Source: Lingula anatina (taxonomy: Eukaryota > Animalia > Brachiopoda). From it: DNA of 64,000 nt. The translations under genes were made by a program, and so were the position numbers. The stretch's first letter is position 1. Every line of letters begins with the position of its first letter. The DNA lies in the NCBI GenBank assembly GCA_051362555.1, contig CM120645.1:744001-808000 (forward strand), read 5' to 3'. Below, in pieces: positions 25,213 to 39,200 of this stretch. The notes beneath the pieces are model-generated. The model had not been told where the DNA came from, made no database searches, and was given only the letters and a program-made list of their open reading frames with translations.

Positions 25213-27957
25213 CTGGTATATTAATTCTGTCATCCCTCTTCTGCTCTATAAACATGACATTCAGGAGTTAGGCGCATAATTTGAAAGGCCTTAAAATGCT
25301 TGTAAGTCGTTTTTCTGCAGTTTACATAGTAAAGTTTGATCGACCGATATAAATATTGAAAGCCTTTTATAAGATATGAAAGAGTCATTGTTGATTCACG
25401 CTTCACCAATGCTTATTCAAGTCTAGCTTTTTATTCGTTTTCTAAGAAGTGTTTATTCAACGCTGCATTGTTTAACACATATCGAATGTTCTGATTTTTT
25501 AATAATTTGTTTTCAACAGACGCTGTAAAGAGGACTTGCACGCTGCCATCAAAATTAAGCCATTTCACCGACCGAGAGGAGGAAAGACGACAGATAACAA
25601 CCTGGCTAACGGACTCACGGAATACACGCACAGTGATAGTACAGGGTCATGGCGGCTTGGGGAAGACGGCTATCGCAATCCAAGTCGGCTATGAGCTCCT
25701 CCAATCATACGGTGTCCGAGTAGTGAGGGCAAGGTTGCAAAATGTCAAGACCACGTTCGACATCTTGTATTCCGTTCTCTCCAGTTTCAATGACGTCACC
25801 CTTGACCTTGCTGAAATTGGGTCACGGAACTCCATCCTGGAAGGAAAACTTCGTAATCTGCTTGTGGATTTCAGGGGAAATATTTTGTTAATCCTCGACG
25901 GATGTGAAGCGGTTGTAGAAAATGAAGAATGCAGTAAAGGATTTTGGGGCATCATTGCAATGCTTCAAGAGCAATGTCAAAATGCATTAATTCTCTGCAC
26001 AACGCAGCGCGATATTCGCCCCCCTCCCTCACTCCCTACAAAAGTCCTTGTACTGACTGCACTATTAGAGAGAGACGCAAAGGTTGTCATTAATAAACTA
26101 TGCCCGAGACTTAACGACGACCAGGCCCTCCAGATTGCAAAAGCGTGTGGGTGCATTCCGTCAATTCTCGAGTCGGCGTGTGATTTGCCCATAAACGCAA
26201 ACATGGAGCCCACTAAATTAGTCGAGATCCTTTCGGTAAAGTTATCCCAAAAGTTCGACGCCTGCTTTGAGCTCGCTTATCAAAGCCTGTCCATTGAAGA
26301 AAAGCATTGCCTTCAGTACCTCTCCATTTTTCCGATTGGTTTCACGTGTAATGACGCTGAGCCGTTTCTGACCGATTCGGGCAAAACGCCTAGCGAGCTC
26401 TTGCAGTTTTACCAAAGAAGGACATTCATCAGTTTTGATGGCAGCAACGCCGAGCCTTTTTATACCATGCACGGAATCCTGAGATCCTTTATAAAGAACA
26501 AACTAACGGACCAGGAGATGGGGAGTATTGAGAAACACTTTATCCTTCATCTTCAGATCAAAATTCAGGAATTAAACACTCTTTGTGAATCTGATGAGCT
26601 TAGAAAAGCTAGTGAGCTCTTCAGCACGCAGCGAGAGAATCTCATGGAGGCTGTCGCCATATTTTGTAAACCGAGTTTCCAATACAAGCCACTGGTTGCA
26701 GAGACCGTTTCCACTCTTGCTCACGTCTTGTATACACTTGCCATCTATCGGGTGTCCCTGCAGGCATACTACGCCCTACTGTCCTTCAAGACTGAAGCCA
26801 GGGCTGTGAAGAATGAGAGGGAAGTGGCACACATCCGCAGGATGCTTGGGTGTATACATTACAAACTTGCTGAGTACAAAGAAGCCACAGAAAATGTTCT
26901 CAAAGCGCTCGAGTGGTATCACCAAGACCAAGGATCTTCCATTAATATCCCTCTGTGTTTTCACACCCTAGGGTTAATCCACGGAGAGAGCGGCAATTTG
27001 CCCCGCGCCCTCGAGATGTTTCAGAATACACTCCAATGGTGTGAAGCCCACGGCGACGAAGAAATCAAGATGGTTTGTTTCTTCAGTATCGAGATGGCCA
27101 AACTGCTCTGTGCTGCGTCAGATTTCGACAAGGCAGACGAAGAGTTCACGGCGTCCGTTCAGCAGCACCTTACCTTGTGTGACGAAAAGGTGGAACGCAA
27201 CCAGGCCGGGGTCGGAATAGACTTTAACATCGGCAGAGCGAGACGGATGTCACGTGATTGTGACACCAGGGGGGCGGTGTTGGAGATGAGGAGGGGCTTT
27301 CGTAGAATTTTAGGAGATTATCCATACACGTCTCTAAACTTGATCGTGCTTGTCGAACTACTGTTTTTGCGACCAGAACATTCGGATTTTCACTCTCTTC
27401 TGGATTCTGCGTGCAAAGTGTTTCAAGAAGTATGCGACAACGAGGATACCGCCATCATGTTCTTGTTTAAGGCGCTCCATGCTGGCAAAGATGAAGCAAT
27501 GTCGTACTACAACTACGCACTGGAGATTCTCCGGCAAATTTTGGGAGACCATCTGCTGACTGTGATTACGCTTCGCAACAAGGCTCAGTTTCTTCAAGGC
27601 ATAAGGATGTTGGACGAATCCTGCTCAGCTTACAGGGAGTCTTTGTCAATGGTGTCCAGGTTCGTCTGCGATCACCCGCTCCACGCGACCGTACTTCACG
27701 AGCTGGGGCTCGTGATGGCCGACTTGGGGCTGAAAGACGATGGCCTCTGGCACTGCGAGCGAGCATTGGAAATGAGACAAAGAATCCTTGGAGAGGACCA
27801 CAAGAGCACCATAGAATCTAAGAAGGCCGTCAGAAGTTTAGCTGATACATTTGAAGGTAAAAACAAAGATTATCACAGAGTTCTGTTCAAATCTCTGGAT
27901 TTTCTTTTTAGCGTTTTCTTTTCCAAGAATGAAAACGTCACTTTTTGGTTATTATGA
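24850..27957 (+). CDS. CARD/death-fold - NB-ARC (STAND ATPase) - TPR protein (NLR/APAF1-like receptor)
   Basis: Exon 1 (24850-25168) encodes a CARD-like helical domain (LVQKGVLTVQEKDQI...QQNEKLLKFIL...YERFLQVL...WMADEL). It splices in phase 1 to exon 2 at 25520, which has Walker A GHGGLGKT, Walker B ILLILDGCE, RNBS-B-like ILCTTQR, GxP motif CGCIP and MHD-like MHG. C-terminal TPRs include ALEILRQILGDH and ALEMRQRILGEDHKST. An alternative donor at ~27857 may extend the 3' end. Confidence 0.9.
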
Positions 27958-28277
27958 AACTTAACATGTAATTGCTTCTCGTGGATGTCAACAAAATAAA
28001 TATCTGGGTAAAAATTTGAACGAATAAAACGTTATAGTCGTCCAAAATATTGGCAACAGTTGTAAGCTTTTTTGTTCTAATTTTGATTTAAAATGTAGTG
28101 TGCTGTCTTCTTACACAGGATAGCTTAGTAAAAGGAGCACATTAGAGAGCCATCATCGTTTCAAGTTCTTATTTCATTCTATGATTAATTTTTATGATAA
28201 ATTATTCACCTGGCTTTTTTTCCATCTGCACTTGTCTTCCAGAGCTAGACCTTTGTGGTGACAGTGAAGACGAGTGA

Positions 28278-28386
28278 TGAGACGCGGGTCTTACAGGAGC
28301 AGCTGACGTCTGAGACGCGGGTCCTGCAGGAGCAGCTGACGTCTGAAACGCGGGTCCTACAGGACCAGCTGACATCTGAAACGCGC
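28278..28386 (+). repeat. 33-bp tandem repeat, about 3.3 copies
   Basis: Unit TGAGACGCGGGTCTTACAGGAGCAGCTGACGTC, which reads (ETRVLQEQLTS)3 in one frame. Confidence 0.9.
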
Positions 28387-30128
28387 TCAAGTTGTATTAA
28401 GACTTATTTTAATGGCTAATGATTGAATAGAACATGTTGATGCACACTTCAGATTAGTTGAAGCTTTTAAGAGAATGACAATAACATTGCCAGTCTGTGT
28501 GGCCTGGCTACAGTCCACAGAAAACCTGAAACTTCCTTCATTATTGTTTGTACGTATACGTACAGTTTGTATTAAGGCTGAAGGTTTTTAAAGTATGGTA
28601 ATTTGGACAACGGCAGTCCTTGTGAACCAGAACACAAATTTTTGGTCCAAAGGAAACTTTAAACTTCAATCAATGTTTGTACTTTTGTATCAATACTTCA
28701 CTTCAACACTTTAATGAACAATGAGGACATTTACAAGACGGAGTAGGCGGACGAGACTGGTCGGGACTAAAACCGTGAGTACCACCAACGCCAAGGCTGG
28801 TGGTGTATTCTAATAAAAACATTACCCAAACGCATGTGTGAGATGAAGAGGAATTCTATGTTATGGATAAAAATCCATTCAATATTTGTTAACCTGCTTT
28901 ATACTAGTAGAGTGTTAGTTTATTAATGAGTGTCCTTAGAGTGTCGTTATATCTAGATAACATGTAAATAAAGCTGACGTAAGGGCATTGGCAGATGTTT
29001 TCTTGTGTAATATTGCCTTGTCATTAATATTCAATTGTGACAGTAAAGTTTCTGGCAGCTTTGAATTGAACATTCGTTACGGGAATACTTCATGCGAAAC
29101 ATCGAGAGGTGAGTACGATTATCAAAATTGGGATATATTATAGGATTTATACAAAACATCATAAATATGACTAGGAGTAGTTATGCCGGTTGTAAAAATA
29201 CAAGAACAAAATAAATACATTGTGAAAAAAACTTAATAAGAAAATCTCTCTCTCTCTAAAGCCCGGTCAATTTTATCAGAAACCCAAGGAAAATATTTTA
29301 AAATCTGCATTTTCGGCGCAATTTATAGACACAAAATGTTCCATGAACTGATTTCGATAACATTTTACAGTTGTTAGTTTTTCCTTGATTTTAATCGAAT
29401 TAATCTCAACTCTTATATCCATATCTTATATGAAATACTGTATCTAAACGGATTCACCTCATAATTTGCTTTTTTTATGGTCAGCATCGCAATTTATAAT
29501 CTTTTCTCGCCGTGATTAGATCCGATCTCATCATGCCCTTCCTTCACATCAAGTTTAACAGATAAAACCAAGGAATACCTCGGTCTTTTGATAGTTAGCA
29601 ATAAGAAAACGTACTGTTTTTTAAATATAAAATTTAGAGTACACGAAGAACTTGATCCTGTAAAAAAAATCTTCACTCCTAATATTATATAATGAGACGT
29701 TAAGAACCGTCTTCAATCAATATAATGAAGTGGACAGGCTTACATACCCCCTCCCCCTAATATATACTAAAACACGTATCATTACCATCTTTTATTTGAA
29801 CCCTATCTGCAATAGCACTTATTCAACTTGGGTCGCTTCGTGGTTTACAACTCCTAACTCTTCCCCACATCTATTGCCAGCCTTTCTAATTTTTTCAGCA
29901 CATTTCATGTCCATATTCCAGGGCATTGACCAGACACTTGTATACAAAACGATTTCTTCACAATATTTAATATTTTTTTGTCTGTAACAGTTTTTAGCAG
30001 AAGTAATGAGTTTTCATAAGAAGTAAACGTGTCTATCTGCACTGTATTTTTTATATCTCATTCTGACTATATTTTAGAAGAAATTTATTGTTAAGCTGTA
30101 GTATCTTTCAATATTGAAGGAAAGTTCA

Positions 30129-32348
30129 TCACTGTGCTTCTATTAGAACATCCTCTAGTTTTCCCGACGTCTTCTCTGTACACGTCACATGGAGCGAACC
30201 TTCCCTGAAAATATACAGAAACTTCTACATAGCCAGACGCAAAATACTTTCATCAAAAAGTTGCCAGCAGCAAAATACTGAAAAAATTCAAATCTGATAC
30301 TTCAGCCTCTAAAGAATGTATCGGAATAATACTAAAATATTTGCTAAAATTCATGCTAATTTCACTGATTTCAAATTTAAATCCACATATTAAATATGGT
30401 AACATCAAACTGAAATTCACATTCCAAATATAGTGATATTCTTATTAAAATCAAATTCATGCCTGATTACTTATATTCCAATATCTGAATTCATATGCCT
30501 ATTGCAACATTTTTTAAAATTCTGATTTACAAGTCAAATAGACTGACATACATGCATTGATCTCTGGTTGTTAAAGTTTTGCTGGGCATGGGACCAATTT
30601 CAAGTTTTTATATATTTTATTTATGGGGTCATTTAGAATGAATAAGGTCACAACACCTATTGTGCACTACCTCCAGAGGGACACTCGCTGAATACAATCA
30701 GATTATGAGACTAACACACCTCCTTCTGGTATTGAGTAGGATACAGAAAAGCTGGTGGTTATACAAGTTAGTGTTTTGGAAACAAGAAGCATGTTAATGT
30801 GGAGTTAGTGCACACTGCCCCTATGATATTGTGTATGTACCCAGGCCCTCACCTCCTGATGTGGAAGACAGCTGTTATCTGACCATTCTCAGGCACCTCC
30901 TGCATTACCACCTAGAAACAAAGAGACAGAGAGACAATGATTATATTATACCCACAGACGTGTTTGTGTGTGTGTGTGTGAGAGAGAGGGGGGAAGGAGT
31001 TGGACATTACTGTTATCCACCATTTTGATTATCACTTAATTTGTTTTAAGTCTTCATTTAGGAAGGACATTTAAGTGTCTGAAATTGAGTAATTATCTAT
31101 CAACCTAAATCCAGTGTTTGCTACTCATTACAATATATTAGGTTCTTGAATCTGAGCAGTAAAATATTACACTATCACAATATGTGTGTTTGCTTGTGTG
31201 TATGTGTGAGCATGCACGTATGCTAGTGTGAGTGAATCTCCATAAACACACACACACACAACATCATGTTCTCACAATTTTACTGTAATGATCAGGAGAA
31301 AATATTAATTTCAACTGGAATTGTTCATGGTAATGAATTCATACTTATGTTTTCCTTTGAACAATTTCAGAATTTCACGAAAATTAAATCTAAAATGAAA
31401 TAATTAGATCCCCAGTCTAACATTAGCAAATAACACAACATAAAAGAAAATAAATATAAGTCAATATCTTTTATTCAAATGCAGAATCTTCTTTCCAACA
31501 AAGCAAAAGTACTCACCCTGCCTAGCAATACTCTATCGTTTATACTGTCATCTGCTTCAAAGATTTCCACACAAAATGTCGTCTGCTCTTGAGAGAGGTC
31601 AAATACGTGTTGCCGCCTCACTGGGATAGGAGTGAAGGCTGGAAATAGCACCTGAAGCTTGTCTTGGTCACTGTTGCTAGGCAACACCTATCAACATAAG
31701 CCAGGAAGAAATATCTTGAAATAATGGAAATTAAGTGGATGATACAGAACTTCATAGGTTATTTCTTTCTATTTTTTTTTCTTTTTGTTACAATTAAATG
31801 ATTGTTAGTATTGTGGTATGATGATTTAGTTTCCAAATATCAGCATTTTTTTTATCTACATTTGCCCTCAAAAGAAACTAAATTCTAGTTTTTTCATTTT
31901 TGAATTGGACATATCACTGATATATTATCTTGAAATAATGTGGATGCTACTTTAAACACAACTGCAAAAACAGTCTTTAAAATTGACATCTGATCAACAT
32001 GTACCTTGATGAGAATCTGTTTAGACAGACATTCCACTTCATTTTCCTGTTCATGTAATTTTGATTCTTCCTCATTCCCAGTTAATATGGCTGCCTGGAA
32101 AAGAAGCATGCACATGCAATAGGATTTGGTATAGATTTTAGACACTTTCTTCTTTTAACACTTCAGTTGAACAAATATTATGAACAGTTTTTAATTAATC
32201 TGAAATTTACCTAAAATAAATAACATAGAAAGAGACAAACACAGAGACCATAAACTTTGAAGTAGTCAACAGTATTAATATTTACATACACTGTCTTACA
32301 CTCACAGAGAACACACACACAAAACAATCTCTCTTTTCTCTCTCTCAA

Positions 32349-32389
<41 letters not shown>

Positions 32390-32463
32390 CTCAGATGCAC
32401 ACACAGCTGCATGCACCCTCTCTCTCTCTCTCACAGACACACACACACCTCAAAAAACAATAC

Positions 32464-32496
<33 letters not shown>

Positions 32497-33191
32497 TCAC
32501 ACACACACACAACTAAAAGTTCATCCACCTGTTTGGCTGCCCCCAGTGCCACCACTTCATCAGGCACTATACTGTTTAGAAACTCAGCCTCGTTAAAGTA
32601 ATCTTTTAAGGAACGTTGTAGAGCAGGAATCTTGGTGGTTCCTCCACACACGATGACCTAAATTATAGACAAGCATGGCTTATTAAGCACTGCCTCCATG
32701 TTTCAAAATAGTAACTTATTTGTTAGATACTTAGAAATCCAGTCTTTTAAATTCATGATTTTACCTATTATAAGGTTATTTGATTTATAATTATAATTTT
32801 TCAAATACCAGTAAATTTCTAAGGCAAATTGAAAATTGAATGGAATGAGCTGTTAGAATTAGCATTATTATTATCATTATAATAACAGTCCAGGGGTAAA
32901 AATCAATAAGAAAATTATTTTTAATTTCACTCTTTAAAAATCTTAAAATCCTTAGCTGAACACCTCTGTAAAAGACTACTGTACTTTCTTTAGATGCTAG
33001 CAATTCATGTAAGTAATAAGGCAAGAAATAAACTCACTTTGTGTATGTTCTCTTTGGTGAGTTGGGCCTCCGTCAGTACCTGCTCTACTGGCTGCAGACA
33101 TTGCTGGAGAAGACTAGACACAAGACTTTCAAACCGCGCTCTGGAAGCAGACATGACTTGAAAGATATCAATATTTCAGAGGATTTTCCAT

Positions 33192-33228
<37 letters not shown>

Positions 33229-36200
33229 TAATCAACATATCCTTGGTTATATTGAATAATACCTGTAGGTTTTTAAAATGCTTTAGACATTTCTTCATTT
33301 GTATCTCTGGCATAAAACTTGGTCAATGTACCCTTATCAAAACACTGGATTGAAATTCAATCTCTTATATTCCCTTTCATTTACAATCCCAAACCTCCTC
33401 CTCACATCCCATTTCAGGGGCGGATTCAGAGATATTTTCTGACAGTCTTCCAAATTATCTCTGTTGATCCGTCCTCCATTTTTGACCGTCTTCCAACAGA
33501 AAAAATTAGATACCCGTCAATGTAAACTTGAAAATCTGACCGTCTTCTGGAAGACCCAGAAGACGGCCTAAATCTGCCCCTGCCTTTCTAAAAACATTTC
33601 AATTCTTTATCAAAACTGATATCTGAGGTCTCATTTTTTCTTCATTTCTTAGCAACTCTTCAAGCCCTCCACCCTCTCATATCTTCATATATTTCTTTTC
33701 CAACAACATAACTTTTCTGAAGAAATCACATTCAAATTACTTCTAATTTTAAAATACCTCCTCCATTCTCATACTTTTCAATAACTAAACTGTAATTTAA
33801 ATATCAAGCATCTCATCTTATATCACCCAATCCCTTCCCATGATACATCTTCCAATCAAATACCTTGGTCCTCACCTGGAGACACTTGACTGAAAATCGA
33901 TCCCTTCGTGAAGAGACTCCACAGAGCACTGTGCTGTCGGCATGGTTGATAAAACATGTTTACAGTTCTCTGCGGCGTTCTTTAACTTGGCTACAGCACG
34001 CTTGTTTTCATGCACATCTGACTTCCACTGTCTGTAAGATGAAAAAAAAAAAAAAAAACATGAATTATTTTCATTTAAGAATGTAAAATATTTTGTCTGG
34101 AAAAAGAAAAAACCTTGCATTATTTCCAACAGTTACAGTGCTCCAGAGGGCATACACCAAGAAAAAGGCAATGCCATGCAATTACTGAAATGGATAACAG
34201 AAAATCACATTCCTTTTTATAATATTATATTAGATTCAGTTGAAATTTTAATCATTTCTTTGTAGTTAAAATTCAGATATTTTGGTTCATCAGATGCATC
34301 TTGTGGGCAATTAATGCATATCTGGATTGAATGTGTGCTATTATAAGAAAAACACTGAAATGAAGTACATAAAATTGAAAAATATCACTTGTAACTGAAA
34401 TATTGTAGTACTAGTTTCCTATTGTTGCTTATTTCTGCTGCAATTTTTAAGTAGCAATGACAAGGAGACATCTTTTGGGCTAGAAGAAGTTGCTGAGAGG
34501 ATGTGATGAGGTTGTGGTTTAACTAAAAAGTCCATGACAGTGGTGTTAATCTGAGAGTTTATGACACATGTCCCTTTGTCAACAGAGACAGCGAGTTTCT
34601 GTCAACAAAGAACCACTTAGTGATTGAGGAATGACATAATCACCAACTGACCATGCATTATTTATTATAATTAAGGTCTTGAACAAGGTGAAATATCCAA
34701 ATATTTGTAAGACCATCATGACTGTGTTGTGTACATGTTATGGTGAATACTCACAAAGTTTGAATGAAAAAAGAATAATAAAAATGATAGAATTTTCCAA
34801 AAAATAATGTTTTATGGATGACACCTGAAAAGGATGTTTTTCAAGTTAATATAAAAAGTGCGACTTCATAAGGGAAATGGAACTGAGATCTTTGAAAAAA
34901 TGAAATATTGGAATTTCTGGAGTATGCAAGTTGTGAGTGACTACCATATATCCAGCAAGGTGTTAACTCATTGCAGCCTGCTATAGAATCAGACTGTGAA
35001 TTGTGTACACCTTCAACAAATCATGCTATGTTTCTAGAAATAACTAAAACTAGACAGCAAAGCTGGAAAATATACAGAAGCTTAACAGAAAAAAAGCCAA
35101 TAAGCAATAACTTTTGTAAAGAAAAAATCCTAACATGCTAATTTTTTGAGGGGAACTTTTTACCAAACAAAGCCACTCAGTAAATTTAAAATTAAACAAA
35201 AACTTGGTTTAGCAGAAATAGGGTGAGCCAAAGATATGCTAGGAGGCAATGACATAGACATCCACATTGATCAAAATATAAATAAACATATGCAGTGTCT
35301 GTACATAAAACTCCTATCAGCCCCATGCACATCAACTTGTCTCTGTCCTGCCCCACCTCTTATCTTTAAGTAATCCTTTTGTTTAGACAACTATGATATC
35401 TCATCAACAGGTGCTTTGTTGCAGACAGTGGAATTCAGTGACAAAGGAGACCACCTAGTCAACGCAGACAAAATGGCCGTCTCTGCAATCAGATGCTCTC
35501 TTTTCTTGGGGATTGTTTTTGGTGCTTTTGTCACAGGACAAATTCATCCAGACACTGTTACTGAGCCAACAGGAAACCAGTGCACTCTTTCCTTCACAAT
35601 ACCCGAGGAGAGCTTTGGCGCCTCCTGCGACAAATATGATGACCAAATTGCCCTCCTTTCCTCTCAGCTGAAGAGTGCCACAGAAGAATATCAGACACAA
35701 CTGAACCTGGAGTCAGACAAGAGGAGAGATCTGGAGACCCTGCTGCAGACAGAAATGAGCAAACGACAGGCGCTGGAGAACAAGACACTCATTCTGGAAC
35801 AGAGGCTGCAACAGGAGGTTCTAAATCGGCTGACGTTGGAGAACCAGCAGCTGACAGACTCCAGTACGGTCAGATCAGAGCTGACTCAGCTACAGACGCA
35901 GCTTTCTAACTTCATCTGTGAGTACAGTACTGTTATGACTGCCATTTTTTATGATCATTCTGCTCAACTTTATATTTTCTTCTTTGATGCAATGTAACAT
36001 ATAACTATAAAATGAACGAATTAAAATTTAATCATAATGAATACATATGGATTATATGAAAACAAAGCATTGATACAGATACAAGAAATAAGCCAAAAAG
36101 ATCATTACTTTAATAAATATTTTATGACAAACTTATGTCAGAATCAGAAAGAAATTTTGTAACTGATACTTTAAACTTTTGTCAAGGCGTACAAATGAAA

Positions 36201-39200
36201 ACAAAAATGCCTTTTTTTTAAAAACAAATTTCTTAATATCTGACTGTAAAGTGTGACCCGAAAAATGACACCTCATGAAATGAGGCACCATTCAGATCTA
36301 CAGATCTTCACGTCTTTTAGCATCACAATCAAAATGGACGCTGATGTTCAAGGCTGTCAAAGGTGCAGGTGGCGACCTCTATAGTCTGTGGACTTCCAAC
36401 CAAGTACTGAATGAGGGTAACACTCTAGCTCAGTCATTGGAGCCAACCTTATTGGAGCACTACAAGACGTCTGTTGTCAATGACTGGGCCAAACATAACA
36501 TCAAATATGTACGCATTTTTTTCTTTTTTTTTTTTTCCAAAAAGTATAAAAAGTACCAACATGGGCATGAATGTTATTTTTAAAAATTGGATATTATTTT
36601 CAAATGGATTTTGCAACACTATTACATACAGACTCTTTTAACATTGCTCTATGGGTACAAAATTGCAGTGATCCCCATAAACTACTGATGTCAGTGTGTC
36701 CATTTTCTAAAGTTAACTAGTGCTTTTATTCAATAAATTAATTTTAAGTCAAAACAGAAAGAAATATGAAAATTCAAAATGGTGATAATCTCCATTTGGC
36801 CTCTACAAATGCTTTCACATCAAATATGTCAACAAAATCATAAACAAGTGACGGGACTAACAATAATCTGTAACATAATATGAAACAAATTTGTACACTG
36901 AATCTCACCTCTTTTTCACAGGTAAAACTTGCTCTCTACCAGGGTGGCATTGAGCGTCTCACCCTGATTTTTAATGCTGTTGGAAGTGACAAGATGAACT
37001 GGTTTGCCAAAGACCGACTGATTTCTTCTCCTTATGTTGACATCTATACCTCCTCCATTAACTTCTTTAGCATCAGGGGAACTCCCAGCAGGTAGGGAGA
37101 CCACTTCAGACATAATTTTATATATATTTTTTTTATATGAAGAGTGTTACCACAGATAAAATAACAGATCACCAACACTGACATGCAAGTTCAAATGAAA
37201 ATGTCAGCTTAATAGATATACAGCCTTCAAAGTCTAAAAAAAATGTCCAATCAGCAGCTGAGTTTGAAGACTTCCAAGTCTTTGCTGTTAGCTGACGAAT
37301 ATTATAATTCTTTCAAGTATTCAAAATTAAAATCAGAATAATTTTAAATGTTTGCAGTGTAACAAAATTTAGTGTACGTGAAGTTGAATCAAAATCTAAA
37401 TCTTGACTATGTTATTTTTTCAGCGTCAGTGGTCAATATGGCCGCTACTTCTACATCAGCCAGTCTCATAACGGCTGTCCCAAGGATTACGGCTGGCTGG
37501 CTGTACCTAACAATGCTTTTGTTTGTGCCTACGAGAAGTATCCTGCATATCCAGTCTTCCTGTATGCTCCCGGACACACAGCCATTAACTGGGCCAAAGG
37601 TCAGAGGTCACCAATGATAGTACCAAAAATAATACTGATAATTATTATTCATAATTAACTGAACCAATACCCTTGGGGCATTCATGTTGATGAAATCAAA
37701 AAGAGTGAAATTGTAGCTGCTTTATAAAAATTCTGTTCTAATTTTAAAGTAAATGCCTCTTTCTCTCCGATTCTCATCACCAAAATGTTACTAAATTCAA
37801 TATATAAGAACCACTGTTTCACAGAAAGTATACTGAACCATTATAGTTATCCCTCCCCTCCACAAGTAGCAGGTCTTGGCAAATTCCAAGCTTCAGCAAT
37901 CAGGAGATTAAGGGTATATGGAAAAACAATGCAGTTATAAATATTCAAACGTTATCCTGATATTATCAATATCTGTATTGTAGGAAAACATGGAGAGGCT
38001 GATGTGCTGGCCATTTTCATGGCAACAGAGTAAAAACCAGAGAGGGAATGATGTCGTTCTTCAGAGAAAATTGTGCACCCAAGGAAAGAAAGAGAACAAT
38101 GGATCCAATGAAATAAGGAACAACTCTTTGTATGAGATTCATATTTCACAATAAATACACTGTAAACAACTCATTGGACCATGATACCTCCAAAGATGGC
38201 TATACTCTAACCGATCTTTAAAAAAGAAAAAAAAATGGACTAAATTTGAATGTCTGAACAGATTTATTAACTATTAATAAGTATCATTAATGGGAAAATT
38301 GTTGTTAACCCCATGATATCCAATTTTTGGCTAAAATGAACAGTTAACATCTCTTTAAATGCTGATTACAATAGCTGGTGTATTCAATGAACATGCAGGA
38401 TAAAAAGTTTTCTTTCAAAAATCATAGCACTTCTCAGTATTGCTCCATCAGAGACAATTCTGTAATGATTTTATTTAAAAAAAGCAATTAATCTTGAGAC
38501 AAATTACATTCTTAGCATAAAAACCTACAATGAGAATTTTATTATTTACGGTAATGACTTGGATGTTTTCAATGGGGGAAAATTGTGAATTTTTATTGAT
38601 ACTATTTTTCAAGTCTTAATTTTCTAAAATAAGAGCAATCCTATTGAGTGGTAGGAACAAAATTGAAAAGTAGACAACCTTATAGTTCTATTCTATGTAT
38701 TAAAAGCACCACAAATGCTATACACAAATATAATTTTTATAATTTTAAAATGATGTATCTGAAAGTTTGATCATTTTTGCCCCTTGAAAAGATTGAGACA
38801 TTACCTTAATAATGCATTTATCATCATGCATCTGATTAAATACAATTAAAATCGTTATCAAAATATAAAATATTGTCGTTCAAATTTTTTGTTGCTAAGC
38901 TTTAGCATAAGCACCTCAGAGTTTATCGTCATTTTAACAGCTTTTTAACATCATCCCCAAACAAGATCACAAAAATTGGCACAGGCGAAGACAGATGTAT
39001 GGGGTTTAATCGTGTGGTCATTTTGGTTTACATGTTTTGTCATAGAGTAATGAGCCCCTAATTACAATGATTCATTGATCAAAGGCATTATTTTGACTTT
39101 TTGACGATAAAATTTGAACTAAAGCTTTGTAAGAAAAATCAATGGCAGGGTTTTAAAGAATTCAATGGTGTCATTAAATTAATGTTAAAATGGTGTTCAT

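Noticed and set aside
25507-27957. Bacterial contamination or recent horizontal transfer of the long intronless NB-ARC-TPR ORF
   Set aside because: It has a canonical phase-compatible intron to the CARD exon and sits among intron-rich animal genes. Ancient transfer cannot be judged without a phylogeny.
34500-34556. Possible C/D box snoRNA (GTGATGA...CTGA)
   Set aside because: It is only ~52 nt, antisense to the HSPA14 host intron, and has no convincing terminal stem or recognisable guide.
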